Positions 48,689-58,627 are shown, counted from the whole stretch's first letter. The stretch: DNA of 63,949 bases, filler included, from an uncultured bacterium (GCA_964471275.1; 5 parts of 5 records of this genome joined end to end with filler, not necessarily neighbours in it); one strand, 5' to 3'. Numbers and translations: made by a program. The notes: generated by a model from the sequence alone, not told the origin.

Positions 48689-50518
48689 CTATGCGGCGGC
48701 CTTAACCATAAACCGCATACGCATCTCGAGATGCAGGGCGTGGCAGAAGTTCGTGCAGTAAATCCAGTGCATCCCTGGTTTGTCAGCTATGAACGTTACC
48801 GATTTGGTCTGGAAGGGACCAACAACAAAATTGACGTTGTAGTTCGAGATACAGAACCCGTGGCCGAGATCGGGTATCTCGTCGTTGTTCGTCATGATAA
48901 AGGTTACCTCATCACCTTCGTTGACCGACACTTCCTGAATCCCATACATCGGAGCCGATGCCGTCAGCCGGACGGTGACCTTGTTGCCCTCCCGTGTGAC
49001 GGAGTTCTCCGTCGTATACAGGGGATGCTCATCCATCCTGGGCCGGTGTTGTACAACCGGTTCGATGATATCTCGCCGGACAATGATACAGTCGTGGGGC
49101 TCGATATACGCCGGGCCCTCGTGCAGAATCCGCATCGTCTCACCCGAGATATCGATCAGTTGATCGTTCTCCGGCTTGATCGGACCCACATTCAGGAACC
49201 GGTCCTTGGAAATCTTGTTCAGCGAGATCAGGAAGTTACCATCCGCTTCCTTGGTCTCCGCCATCGAGGCCATCGTGTGACCGACCTGGTAGTGGACGTC
49301 CAGACGGCTGACCACGGCGGTCTCGCCTTCCTTCGGAGTCGCGTAGATATCGATAGCCTTCTGGATGTTCCACTTGACGATCTGGCTGTCGATAAACAGC
49401 GACGTGTATGCGTTACCGCGACCATCAAAGGTCGTGTGAAGCGGTCCCAGCCCAATCTCGGGGTTACCGACAATACAATCTGCCGGTTCGATCTTGCCGG
49501 AAAAGGCATCGGCCAGTTTGTCGATCTGGATGATCGTAGCCGTCGGCGAGACCTTGCCTGAACAGACAGCATACTTCCCGTCCGGCGTGATATTCACACC
49601 GTGCGGATTCTTGGCGACCGGGATGTAGAGCGCCAGGCCCGTTCCGGGGGCGCCGTCCAGCATTTTGACCCCATCCGCGATCGTATACTTCCCGTTCTTG
49701 AGATCAGCCTTGATGCGGTCCCAGTTGAACACCACGAGGTAGTCGCGATCTTTTGCGAGCATCTCGGAGATTGTTGCACCACCTTCAGAGTTGTACGACG
49801 TCGCGAAGGAATACTTGCCACCGTAGTCTGTTGCAGCAAGATCAAGGTTGGTCGGCACGATCACCTGACAGACCACTTCCATCTTCTCGGCATCCACGAC
49901 GGTGTGAACGCCGCCATACAGACTCTCGTCCCGCATGTCACCGGTGCCGTCGTTATTGATCGGAGACCGGAACTCGCTGTTCAGGATCACCCATTCCGTC
50001 TTCGGGTAGCGCTGCGGGAACGTTCCGTGTGTTCCCTGCGTGTGCGGCACGGATATAATCTTGTCGACTTCGAGGTATCTGATGTCGATCCGGGCAAGAC
50101 GGTTATTCGCCTTATCGTTGACCCACAGATACTTACCGTCATACGTTCCGTCGGTATACGATGCGTGAGCGTGGTGCGTATCACCGATCGTCATATCGCC
50201 CAGCAGCGCCTTGCTCTCGTTTGTGATTCCCCATCCCGACGCGGAATCCAGGTTAAACACCGGGATACGCTTTAGCACGCGCATCGAAGGAACCCCGAGT
50301 ACGCGAACTTCGCCCGAGTGGCCACCGCTGAACAGGCCATAGTAATCGTCAAGCTCGCCTACGTGCACCTCCGTACGCAGTCCGGCCCCCTTGGCCTCTG
50401 CTGGAACTGTCGTCAGGAGATCAATCGCTCCCCAGGCAACGACAACGGCGACCACTGTCCCGGCCAGAAAGGCCTTCCATTGGGCTCGCCAACCTCTGTC
50501 CATCTGATCTTGAGACAT
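48689..50518 (-). CDS. nosZ: Nitrous-oxide reductase
   Basis: SGGHSGEVRVLGVPSMR, CuZ His in GDTHH, THG, NPHG, GPLH, VGH, EPH; CuA in HG..CTNFCHALHLEM; AAGGAGG RBS before ATG50518. Confidence 0.96.
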   Translation of the reverse strand: MSQDQMDRGWRAQWKAFLAGTVVAVVVAWGAIDLLTTVPAEAKGAGLRTEVHVGELDDYYGLFSGGHSGEVRVLGVPSMRVLKRIPVFNLDSASGWGITNESKALLGDMTIGDTHHAHASYTDGTYDGKYLWVNDKANNRLARIDIRYLEVDKIISVPHTQGTHGTFPQRYPKTEWVILNSEFRSPINNDGTGDMRDESLYGGVHTVVDAEKMEVVCQVIVPTNLDLAATDYGGKYSFATSYNSEGGATISEMLAKDRDYLVVFNWDRIKADLKNGKYTIADGVKMLDGAPGTGLALYIPVAKNPHGVNITPDGKYAVCSGKVSPTATIIQIDKLADAFSGKIEPADCIVGNPEIGLGPLHTTFDGRGNAYTSLFIDSQIVKWNIQKAIDIYATPKEGETAVVSRLDVHYQVGHTMASMAETKEADGNFLISLNKISKDRFLNVGPIKPENDQLIDISGETMRILHEGPAYIEPHDCIIVRRDIIEPVVQHRPRMDEHPLYTTENSVTREGNKVTVRLTASAPMYGIQEVSVNEGDEVTFIMTNNDEIPDLGHGFCISNYNVNFVVGPFQTKSVTFIADKPGMHWIYCTNFCHALHLEMRMRFMVKAAA

Positions 50519-50582
50519 TACGATCCTCCTTAAGTAGCTGAAGGGAAATCCGCAGATCACGCGCCTTCCCGTCTGTCACTCG

Positions 50583-51365
50583 CTATTTCTGCGCGGTCTC
50601 TGAACTGCCCTTCATCAACTGCTGGCAGTATGAAACGATGTCCCAACGCTGCTGCTTGTTCAGCGCCTCCTGATACGAGGGCATCGGGGTTCCGTCGAGT
50701 CCGGTAACAAATGTCTTGTAGATATCCTCACGACTCGTGCCGCCCTTGAGCGGGCCCGAGGTAAAGTCAAACGGCAGGATCTTATTGCCCCAGTTGTCCT
50801 TCAATTCGCTGGCAGATGGTCCGTCGCCCTCACCGGTCAATCCGTGGCAGGTATGACATCCGGCATCAACATAGAGCTGCTTACCACGCTTTAGAGAGGC
50901 GGCCGATCCTACGTACTTAGGCGCGTCTCCCAGATCTACGAGTGTGCCAGGCTTCTCCTCCTGCCATCTCTTAGAGAAGATCTTGATGTAGGCAATCACG
51001 GCTTTACGCTCATCGACGCTCAGATCCGTGTGCGAGGGCATGCCCGAACGGGGTATCCCATCGGTCACGATCCGCATCAGGTCCGCTTCGGTCGGCAAAT
51101 CGCCGCTCGCCGTGCTCCGGAACTTAAACATTCCGCCCGTGAAATCACGAGGATAGGTATACACCACGATCCCTTTCTGCTGAACGCGGTGAATCACGCC
51201 CATCAGGCCCATGCCGTCGCCCTTGTCTCCGTGGCACACGATGCAATAGGTGTCGTACACTTCTTTTCCTTCAGCAACCAGTGGGTCCTGCGCCATCGTG
51301 ATATCTGGCATCAATAGGACCACCCCGGCAATCAGCAAAAGGAAAACGGAAAGCTTCCGATCCAT
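50583..51365 (-). CDS. Dihaem cytochrome c
   Basis: Signal peptide; CIVCHG..GDG.G and CHTCHG..G.GDG; PRDFT.G.FKFRST; GMPS and PMPSY distal Met. Confidence 0.92.
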   Translation of the reverse strand: MDRKLSVFLLLIAGVVLLMPDITMAQDPLVAEGKEVYDTYCIVCHGDKGDGMGLMGVIHRVQQKGIVVYTYPRDFTGGMFKFRSTASGDLPTEADLMRIVTDGIPRSGMPSHTDLSVDERKAVIAYIKIFSKRWQEEKPGTLVDLGDAPKYVGSAASLKRGKQLYVDAGCHTCHGLTGEGDGPSASELKDNWGNKILPFDFTSGPLKGGTSREDIYKTFVTGLDGTPMPSYQEALNKQQRWDIVSYCQQLMKGSSETAQK

Positions 51366-51469
51366 AACCTGGCTCCTCTACTCCTGTTTGGTTGCACCGA
51401 CCAACAACGACTCGTCCCGGTGCGGAGAGCCGCTCTAGTGTCGCTACTTTGAGACCTCTTCCTGCTCCA

Positions 51470-51495
51470 GAGTGATATTGGTCCTTTTATCACTC
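51470..51495. promoter_or_regulatory. Inverted repeat upstream of the cytochrome c-nosZ operon
   Basis: GAGTGATA-N10-TATCACTC. Confidence 0.45.
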
Positions 51496-51509
51496 GTCGT
51501 GTGGCGTGA

Positions 51510-51600
51510 CTATCGATTCAGAACGAACTGCTTCTGCTTGAATTCCTCCGCCAGTTGTGAGACGCTCTTATCTTTGAGCATCTCCATGATCCCTCCCCTG
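51510..51600 (-). CDS. 3' end of a small protein, possibly an Rrf2-family regulator
   Basis: ...GGIMEMLKDKSVSQLAEEFKQKQFVLNR*; resembles an Rrf2 C-terminal helix, but too short to be sure. Confidence 0.35.
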
Positions 51601-51700
51601 NNNNNNNNNNNNNNNNNNNNNNNNNNNNNNNNNNNNNNNNNNNNTTAATTAATTAANNNNNNNNNNNNNNNNNNNNNNNNNNNNNNNNNNNNNNNNNNNN
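51601..51700. other. Artificial contig linker
   Basis: N44-TTAATTAATTAA-N44. Confidence 0.98.
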
Positions 51701-52966
51701 ATCCCGACGCTGATCGGCATCACCATCATTACGTTCAGCATCATGCACCTAGCGCCCGGCGATCCCGTGGACCTCTTCGTCGGCGGTCTGAGCGGTGGAG
51801 AAGGGATCAGCTCCGATGAGCATGGCGATATGGAGAAGACCCGGGAGGATCTGCGTAGACAGCTCGGGCTGGACCAGCCGCTCTACATCCAGTACCTCAC
51901 CTGGCTGTCGAATCTGGTCTGTCGGATCGAGTCCGTTAACGACTTCGACCGTTCTGCCATGATCACCGATCGGCTGCTTTCTCGCCTGTCTGCGGCAGAG
52001 CGACAGGAGCTCGACACGATGGATGGTGCGGCGAGGAAGACGCGATTCCTTGAGATGGTGACCCGACTCGCTCCCACGGAAACCGCGCGGCTCACCGGTT
52101 CTGCATTCTGGCAGCTCAAAGGCATCCGCTTGCAGCGGAACTATCGTCCGCAGACGTCTGGACTCGTTCTGTATGAGTCCGAGTCCACGAGGGTGATCAC
52201 ACTGAATTTCGGCCGATCCTTCAAAGACCAGCAGGCAGTGATCGACAGAATCCTTGAGCGAATGCCGATAACGCTCGAGATAAACCTCGTGGCACTCGTG
52301 ATCGCCTATCTGGTCGGCATCCCCCTGGGTATCTACCAGTCGGTCAGACAAAACACGGCTGTGGATCGTAGCCTGACCGTCGGGACCTTTGCACTGTGGT
52401 CGATGCCGTCGTTTTGGGTCGGAATGCTCCTGATCATCTTTTTCTGCAACAAGGAATTCTACTACTTGTTCCCGGCATCTGGACTGCAGTCACTGGACGT
52501 CGACGATTCCTGGGGAGGGTTCTCGATTCTACTCGATCACGCGCACCATATGGCGCTGCCCATACTGGCTTCCACATACGCGAGCTTCGCGGGAATCTCG
52601 CGCTACATGCGGACAAGCATGCTCGAGAACCTGAGACTCGACTACGTGCGAACTGCGCGGGCCAAGGGTCTGCAGGAGCATCTGGTCATCCTGCGTCACG
52701 TCCTCCGAAACTCGCTCATACCGATCGTCACACTGTTTGCCTACCTGCTGCCTGGACTGATCGCTGGCTCGATATTCATCGAAACGATCTTCACGATTCC
52801 GGGGATGGGATTCCTCGCCTTTGAGTCGACTCTAATCCGCGACTACCCGATGGTGATGGCCCTGTTCTTCATTGGATCGGTGCTCTCGCTCGTCAGTATC
52901 CTGATCGCAGACATCATGCTCAAGGTTGTCGACCCACGTATCGAATTCTCGAAGGCGGCGTCCTGA
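51701..52966 (+). CDS. oppB: Peptide ABC permease (OppB/DppB), 5'-truncated
   Basis: IPTLIGITII..LAPGDP, GLDQPLYIQY, R..ML..L..DYVRTARAKGL, RDYP, DPRI. Confidence 0.9.
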   Translation: MPTLIGITIITFSIMHLAPGDPVDLFVGGLSGGEGISSDEHGDMEKTREDLRRQLGLDQPLYIQYLTWLSNLVCRIESVNDFDRSAMITDRLLSRLSAAERQELDTMDGAARKTRFLEMVTRLAPTETARLTGSAFWQLKGIRLQRNYRPQTSGLVLYESESTRVITLNFGRSFKDQQAVIDRILERMPITLEINLVALVIAYLVGIPLGIYQSVRQNTAVDRSLTVGTFALWSMPSFWVGMLLIIFFCNKEFYYLFPASGLQSLDVDDSWGGFSILLDHAHHMALPILASTYASFAGISRYMRTSMLENLRLDYVRTARAKGLQEHLVILRHVLRNSLIPIVTLFAYLLPGLIAGSIFIETIFTIPGMGFLAFESTLIRDYPMVMALFFIGSVLSLVSILIADIMLKVVDPRIEFSKAAS

Positions 52967-52969
52967 ACC

Positions 52970-54076
52970 GTGGCTCTTCCCGAAACAGAACAGGAACTGC
53001 CACTGGCAGACAATCAGGTGGATAATGCCCTCCCACCGCAGAGCTATTCGAGACTCGTCTGGATTCAGTTCAAGAAGAACCGTCCTGCTGTGGGGTGCCT
53101 GATCGCCATCGGTGTGCTGGCCCTGATTGCCATCGGCGCAGATCTCATCGCCGGCAACAAACCCTATTACATGGTTTACAAGGGTGAACCGTACTATCCT
53201 GCCTTCCGACAGTACCCTGTCTACGCTGGGGACCTCCTCAGGATGATTGGGTTCGAGGATGTACCGGATGCGTTCAAGTGGCCCAAACCGCTCAGACGCA
53301 GGAGAAATTTCAAGAGGTACCGCGCTGACGAATCGATCCTGCCCTGGATTCCCTACGATCCGAAAGAAGTCAGCCTTCGGAGCAAATATCAGCCGCCCAA
53401 CGACGAACACTGGCTGGGAACGGATCGGCTGGGTCGCGATGTCATGTCAGGACTGGTACACGGAACGCGATATGCGCTCACCATTGGTCTCGTATCGGTC
53501 AGCATATCACTCTTGATTGGTGTCGTTCTCGGTGCCCTTGCCGGTTATTTCGGTGGGTGTATCGACCTGCTGCTATCTCGAGTCTTCGAGCTCTGGTCGG
53601 CAATCCCGGGTCTCCTCCTGATCATCACGGCCTCGGCATTTTTCCCTGCGAGTCTGTTCTTCGTAATGGTCATTATCGGCCTCACTGGTTGGGTCGGTAT
53701 CGCCCGGCTTACACGATCTCAGTTCCTGCAGGTACGTTCGAACGAGTATGTAGCAGCCGCTCGGGCGCTCGGATATTCATACGCGCGAATCATGTTTGTT
53801 CACATCCTGCCGAATGCGATCGCGCCGGTTCTCGTACCTGCAGCTTTCGGTGTTGCAGGTGCAATTCTGGCTGAATCAGGGCTGAGCTTTCTGGGTGTCG
53901 GTGTCCCGGCTGAGTCGATCACCTGGGGGGCGATTCTGGCAGGAGCCAGAAGCAACATCTCGGCGTGGTGGCTCGTCGTTGTCCCAGGTATGGCCATATT
54001 TCTGACCGTGACGATGTACAACCTGTTGGGCGATGGATTGCGTGACGCTCTGGACCCAAAGATGAAGATCGACTAG
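52970..54076 (+). CDS. oppC: Peptide ABC permease (OppC/DppC)
   Basis: HWLGTDRLGRD, EYV.AARALG, HILPN, ESGLSFLG, GDGLRDALDP. Confidence 0.92.
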   Translation: MALPETEQELPLADNQVDNALPPQSYSRLVWIQFKKNRPAVGCLIAIGVLALIAIGADLIAGNKPYYMVYKGEPYYPAFRQYPVYAGDLLRMIGFEDVPDAFKWPKPLRRRRNFKRYRADESILPWIPYDPKEVSLRSKYQPPNDEHWLGTDRLGRDVMSGLVHGTRYALTIGLVSVSISLLIGVVLGALAGYFGGCIDLLLSRVFELWSAIPGLLLIITASAFFPASLFFVMVIIGLTGWVGIARLTRSQFLQVRSNEYVAAARALGYSYARIMFVHILPNAIAPVLVPAAFGVAGAILAESGLSFLGVGVPAESITWGAILAGARSNISAWWLVVVPGMAIFLTVTMYNLLGDGLRDALDPKMKID

Positions 54077-54142
54077 AAGGGCTCGCCGCAGGACAACCTG
54101 AACGAGCAGCCGGTATCCCGACGCGATCGGATGAGGAGAAGA

Positions 54143-55258
54143 ATGCCGCAGGCCTACACACCCGGGTTACGAGTCACAAACCATACGACAATCAGGAAGC
54201 AACGCCGTCTCCCGCTTGAAGGAGAGGTGCTTGTTTCCGTGGGCGACCGCGTGAAGCGGGACCAACTCGTCGCGTGTGCCGATCTACCAGGAAGTGTCAC
54301 CACCCTCAACCTCGTCAACAGGCTCGGCTGCACGGCAAAGGAGCTCCCAGGTCTAATGCTCAAGCAAGAGGGTGACGCCATACAGGTCGATGAGCCCATC
54401 GCCGAAACACAACCTCTGATCAAGTGGTTCAAGACGACCGTATCCTCTCCGATAAACGGAACGATCGAGAGCATCTCTCGGATCACGGGCCAGGTCCTGA
54501 TGCGTGATCCACCGTTTCCGGTGGAACTTCTGGCCTATATCGACGGCCACGTAACGGATGTTGTTCCGGGGCAGGGAGTGGACCTTGAAACGGAGGGGGC
54601 TTATATTCAGGGGATTTTTGGCCTTGGGGGAGAGTATGCAGGACCTCTTCAGTTCCTGACAGACTCACCGGACGAGGACCTTCAGCCGAACCGCATTGAC
54701 ACCAAATCGGCCGGCGCCGTGATTGTCTGTGGACGTCGCGTATCGATCCAGTCAGTCCATGCCGCCCAGGAAGCTGGTGTTGCCGCGATCGTCGGAGGCT
54801 GCATCAAGGACAGCGATCTGAGGGAACTTCTCGGCAAGGACTTGGGCGTCGCAATCACGGGTCAAGAAGATCTGGGACTTGCGCTGATTGTCACGGAAGG
54901 CTTCGGTCAAATTCAGATGGCCGACCGCACATACGATCTCCTGCGCTTGCTGGAGGGCCAGGACGCCTCCGTTTCAGGAGCGACACAGATTCGGGCTGGT
55001 GTCCTGCGACCCGAGATTATCGTTGCTAAAGAAACAGAGTCCGAAACACCCCCTGCATCATCCAATGGGCTTGCCCCGGGTGCGACGGTGCGGGGTATAC
55101 GCACGCCCTATTTTGGACAGGTCGGTCAGATCGTCGACTTGCCCCCGGAACTCCAGACCGTAGAGTCGGGAGCGACGGTACGCGTTGCCACAGTCACATT
55201 TCCTGATCACGGCGAGGTTCTCATTCCTCGTGCGAACATCGAATTGATCGAGAGCTAA
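54143..55258 (+). CDS. Conserved hypothetical protein with barrel-sandwich-hybrid-like repeats
   Basis: AYTPGL start; GEVLVSVGDRV and EGDAIQVDEPIA..SPINGTI repeats; GVAITGQE, TEGFG, GATQIRAGV.RPE; KOW-like end; GAGGAG RBS. Confidence 0.7.
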   Translation: MPQAYTPGLRVTNHTTIRKQRRLPLEGEVLVSVGDRVKRDQLVACADLPGSVTTLNLVNRLGCTAKELPGLMLKQEGDAIQVDEPIAETQPLIKWFKTTVSSPINGTIESISRITGQVLMRDPPFPVELLAYIDGHVTDVVPGQGVDLETEGAYIQGIFGLGGEYAGPLQFLTDSPDEDLQPNRIDTKSAGAVIVCGRRVSIQSVHAAQEAGVAAIVGGCIKDSDLRELLGKDLGVAITGQEDLGLALIVTEGFGQIQMADRTYDLLRLLEGQDASVSGATQIRAGVLRPEIIVAKETESETPPASSNGLAPGATVRGIRTPYFGQVGQIVDLPPELQTVESGATVRVATVTFPDHGEVLIPRANIELIES

Positions 55259-56341
55259 ATGCGCCACCGAAGCCATACACTCATCGTGCTTCTCCTCTTG
55301 CTACCTACGAGCCTGTCGGCACAGGCTGCCGGACCGAGCACTCTGGTTGCCTCAGATACGCCAAATGATTCCGGCAACAGCATTACGCTCACGCTGCCCA
55401 GAGCTCGGGATCTTAATACAACCTATCGAGTGTCATACGCGGAAACAACGACCGGCCCCTTCGAGCTCTTAACGGAGGTGCAGGCAGTTCTCGATGCAGA
55501 AAACGCGCAAACGTTGCGGATCAGGGAACTGCCGATGGCCGACGGATCTACCGAGCCGATCGTGAACGGGAAGATGATCTATTTCAAGGTCACGATCGCT
55601 TCCGACAAGGGCATGGTGCTCGGCGGCGCAGTCGGTGCGGTCGCCCATCCCAATTATTTCAACACCAATCAGACATCCAATGCGACAATCGTTGTCTTGT
55701 TTTCACTAACGCTGTTCGTTTCGATCTCAGCTGCACGTCAGAAAGGGCTGAGCATCCGAAAACTACCCGGCCTGGAAGCGCTCGACGAAGCGTTGGGTCG
55801 GGCCACCGAGATGGGCAGATCGGTCCTCTTCGTACACGGTCTCCAGGAAATCAACAGTGCCTCGACGATCGCAGCTGTCAACGTCCNNNNNNNNNNGGAA
55901 GTCGTGCGCGAAGCCTGTGTCGAAGCCGGCCGCCCGGATGCATACAACGCCGACAACGTCTTCCTCGCTGCCGCCGATCAGTTCAGTTACGCGGCGGCGC
56001 TGGAAGGTCACATGATGCGTGAGAAACCGGCGGCCAATATCCTGATGGGTTACTTCTACGCCGAATCCCTCTTGCTGACTGAAACCGGCTCTCGAACGGG
56101 AGCCATCCAAATCGCTGGCAGCGATGCCTACACCCAGCTGCCGTTCTTCGTCACCACCTGCGACTATACCTTGATGGGCGAGGAACTCTACGCTGCGAGT
56201 GCCTACCTCTCACGCGACGCGCGCCTTCTTGGAAGCATTAAGACGCAGGATCTGGCCAAAGCGGCCATTGTTGCGTTGATCCTGGTCGGTGCACTCGCCT
56301 CAGCGTTCGGATTCAACCTCGTCGGAGCGATACTCGGCTGA
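55259..56341 (+). CDS. DUF6754-like membrane protein with N-terminal FN3-like domain (contains assembly gap 55887-55896)
   Basis: Signal peptide, DTPNDSG..I.L, IR..PGL.A.DEA.GRATEMG, AESL.L.E.G, QLPFF...CDYTL.GEELYAASAY. Confidence 0.65.
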   Translation: MRHRSHTLIVLLLLLPTSLSAQAAGPSTLVASDTPNDSGNSITLTLPRARDLNTTYRVSYAETTTGPFELLTEVQAVLDAENAQTLRIRELPMADGSTEPIVNGKMIYFKVTIASDKGMVLGGAVGAVAHPNYFNTNQTSNATIVVLFSLTLFVSISAARQKGLSIRKLPGLEALDEALGRATEMGRSVLFVHGLQEINSASTIAAVNVXXXXEVVREACVEAGRPDAYNADNVFLAAADQFSYAAALEGHMMREKPAANILMGYFYAESLLLTETGSRTGAIQIAGSDAYTQLPFFVTTCDYTLMGEELYAASAYLSRDARLLGSIKTQDLAKAAIVALILVGALASAFGFNLVGAILG

Positions 56342-56342
56342 T

Positions 56343-56996
56343 ATGACCTTCTTCCAGCGCACACTCCCGCTTGCGATCGCGACCGTCGCCGGTCTGCTTG
56401 GCATCCTCACCTTCTACATTCCGGTGTGGGAGGAATTCGAGACGCGATCCGCGATCTGGTTCCGGATCGTCTTCGCTTTCGCCATGATCCTCGGCATCCA
56501 CAGCTTGCTCCACATGCACTGGATGCGGGTACGTCGAAATCAGGCCGGTTGGGCCTACAGCGCGTTGACCTTGATCTCCTTCGCGGCGACCCTCCTGTTT
56601 GCTACCTACAACGCCGGAGCGGGTCCCTTTGCGGTCCAGAATCTCGACGAAGGACCGCTCGTCTGGATGTATGAGAACATACACGTTCCTGCCGGCGCGA
56701 CGATGTTTTCGCTCCTCGCCTTCTTCATCGCCTCCGCCGCCTACCGGACGTTCCGTGCACGGAGTGCGGAGGCTGCCATCCTCCTTGTTGCGGCCGTCTG
56801 TGTGATGCTCGGGCGCGTCCCGATCGGTGCCGCAATCAGCGAGTATCTCCCTCTGGCCTCGCAGTGGCTGATGGACACCCCCAACATGGCGGCACGTCGC
56901 GGCATCATCATTGGGGTCAGCCTGGGGGCGATCGCAACCGCATTGCGAATTATCTTCGGTATCGAACGCTCTTGGCTCGGGGAGGACAGAACGTGA
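56343..56996 (+). CDS. Hypothetical integral membrane protein
   Basis: ~6 TM segments; ATMFSLLAFFIASAAYR.FRA, P..AA.R.I..G. Confidence 0.75.
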   Translation: MTFFQRTLPLAIATVAGLLGILTFYIPVWEEFETRSAIWFRIVFAFAMILGIHSLLHMHWMRVRRNQAGWAYSALTLISFAATLLFATYNAGAGPFAVQNLDEGPLVWMYENIHVPAGATMFSLLAFFIASAAYRTFRARSAEAAILLVAAVCVMLGRVPIGAAISEYLPLASQWLMDTPNMAARRGIIIGVSLGAIATALRIIFGIERSWLGEDRT

Positions 56997-57808
56997 TCGA
57001 TCGTCTTCTCAACCTCGACAGACGCATCGTCTATGTGGTGGTATTTGTAAGCGTTACACTCGCCCTGTTGATCGATTTCCGCTTACCGGTGCGTGCTACG
57101 CCAAACGTCCTCGCCGTCTATAATGGCGTGGAACGACTGGAAGAGGGATCCAGTATCCTTATCTCCTTCGATTTCGGACCCTCGACCGTTACCGAACTGG
57201 GCCCTATGGCACGCGCGGTCCTGCATCACTGTTTCCGGAAGAAACTACGGGTCATCGCCGTCACGCTCGTGCCGGACGGACAGGGCATCACGCAGCGGTT
57301 TCTGGAGGAGGGCGCGCTTGAGTTCGGCGCCGAATACGGGCAGGACTACGTCTTTCTCGGCTACAAAGCAGGGAACGAGGCCGTCATCCTGAACATGGGA
57401 CAGGACTTGCGCCGCGCCTTCGATCGCGATGTCCGTGGCAATCCGCTTGGCGAAATGCGGGCCACACGTGACATTCGGTCACTAAGCGATCTGCCTTGCG
57501 TCATCGACCTGGCAGCCGGGTATCCGGGTGTCGAGGAGTGGATTCAGTATGGGCAGGAGCGTTACGACTTCCAGTTTTCAGCAGGGGTTACGGCCGTTAT
57601 GGCCCCGGATTTCTTCCCTTTCCTTCAGTCCGGTCAGCTCAGAGGTCTGCTCGGCGGTCTGGCTGGAGCGGCAGAATATGAGCATCTGATCGGCAAGAGC
57701 GGTCAGGCCATCAGCGGCATGCGTCCCCAATCGGTCGGCCACGTGGTGATCACCATCTTCATCTTATTCGGAAATCTGGCATACTTCCTCAAGCGGTCGC
57801 AAACATGA
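56993..57808 (+). CDS. Hypothetical membrane-anchored protein
   Basis: GTG overlapping the upstream stop after GGAGG; N- and C-terminal TM segments; YG.DYV.LGY..G, G.LGGL.GAAEYE. Confidence 0.75.
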   Translation: MIDRLLNLDRRIVYVVVFVSVTLALLIDFRLPVRATPNVLAVYNGVERLEEGSSILISFDFGPSTVTELGPMARAVLHHCFRKKLRVIAVTLVPDGQGITQRFLEEGALEFGAEYGQDYVFLGYKAGNEAVILNMGQDLRRAFDRDVRGNPLGEMRATRDIRSLSDLPCVIDLAAGYPGVEEWIQYGQERYDFQFSAGVTAVMAPDFFPFLQSGQLRGLLGGLAGAAEYEHLIGKSGQAISGMRPQSVGHVVITIFILFGNLAYFLKRSQT

Positions 57809-58536
57809 ACAGAGAACGACTTGCTCTGATCTTGATCGTTGCAGCTTTTGCAGCCGTAAACGGTCTGCTGATCGCCACCGGATCAATCGTACCGGACTGG
57901 AATGGGTTCGGGATCATTGTCGGTGCGGGTGTCACGCTCGCGCTCTACAGCTTCCTGTATCGAGACAACCCGCTCTTCAAGCTCGCCGAACATGTTTACG
58001 TAGGTGTGGTCGCAGCCTACGAATTTGCCCAGGTCTGGTATCAGAACATCCTCTCAGACATCATCAATCCTCTGATCGGCCGGGCGGAAGCGCCGGAACC
58101 GATGTGGTCGATCATTACACCTACGATCCTGGGTGTTCTGCTGCTCTCCCGTCTGGTCGGTAAGGCCGTCTGGCTCAGCCGTCTGGCTTTCGGCCTGATC
58201 GTCGGACTCGGTGCGGGTCTGCTGATCCCCCGCCGCATATCGGCATACGTGATTCAGCAGATAGAACCGACAGTCACCGCCGTCTTCATGAGTTCTGGCT
58301 TCGATCTGAACTCAGCGTTCATCCTGATCGGCGTTGTGGCGGTTCTGGTCTACTTCTCATTCTCACTCGATCACAGCGGTGTTGTTGGGGGCGTTTCCCG
58401 AGTTGGCATCTGGTTCCTGATGGTCTCCTTCGGTGCCTCGTTCGGCTACACAGTTATGGCCCGATTGTCACTCCTGATCGGTCAACTCACCTTCCTGATG
58501 CAGGACTGGCTGCACCTGCAGCTCCCCCTGTTCTGA
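57805..58536 (+). CDS. Hypothetical integral membrane protein
   Basis: ~6-7 TM segments; SFLY.DNP.F..AEH, LM..FGA.FG.TVM.R. Confidence 0.75.
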   Translation: MNRERLALILIVAAFAAVNGLLIATGSIVPDWNGFGIIVGAGVTLALYSFLYRDNPLFKLAEHVYVGVVAAYEFAQVWYQNILSDIINPLIGRAEAPEPMWSIITPTILGVLLLSRLVGKAVWLSRLAFGLIVGLGAGLLIPRRISAYVIQQIEPTVTAVFMSSGFDLNSAFILIGVVAVLVYFSFSLDHSGVVGGVSRVGIWFLMVSFGASFGYTVMARLSLLIGQLTFLMQDWLHLQLPLF

Positions 58537-58627
58537 CCGTCCCAATGCCAAAGTTGTGAATCGATGGAACGACTCGCAGGGGTGATGCGTTCACAAATCC
58601 ACTGGTGCCCGTCTGGGCAGACTCTAA

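Noticed and set aside
55887..55896. Apparent internal deletion in the DUF6754-like gene
   Set aside because: Coincides with a 10-N scaffold gap, so it is missing data
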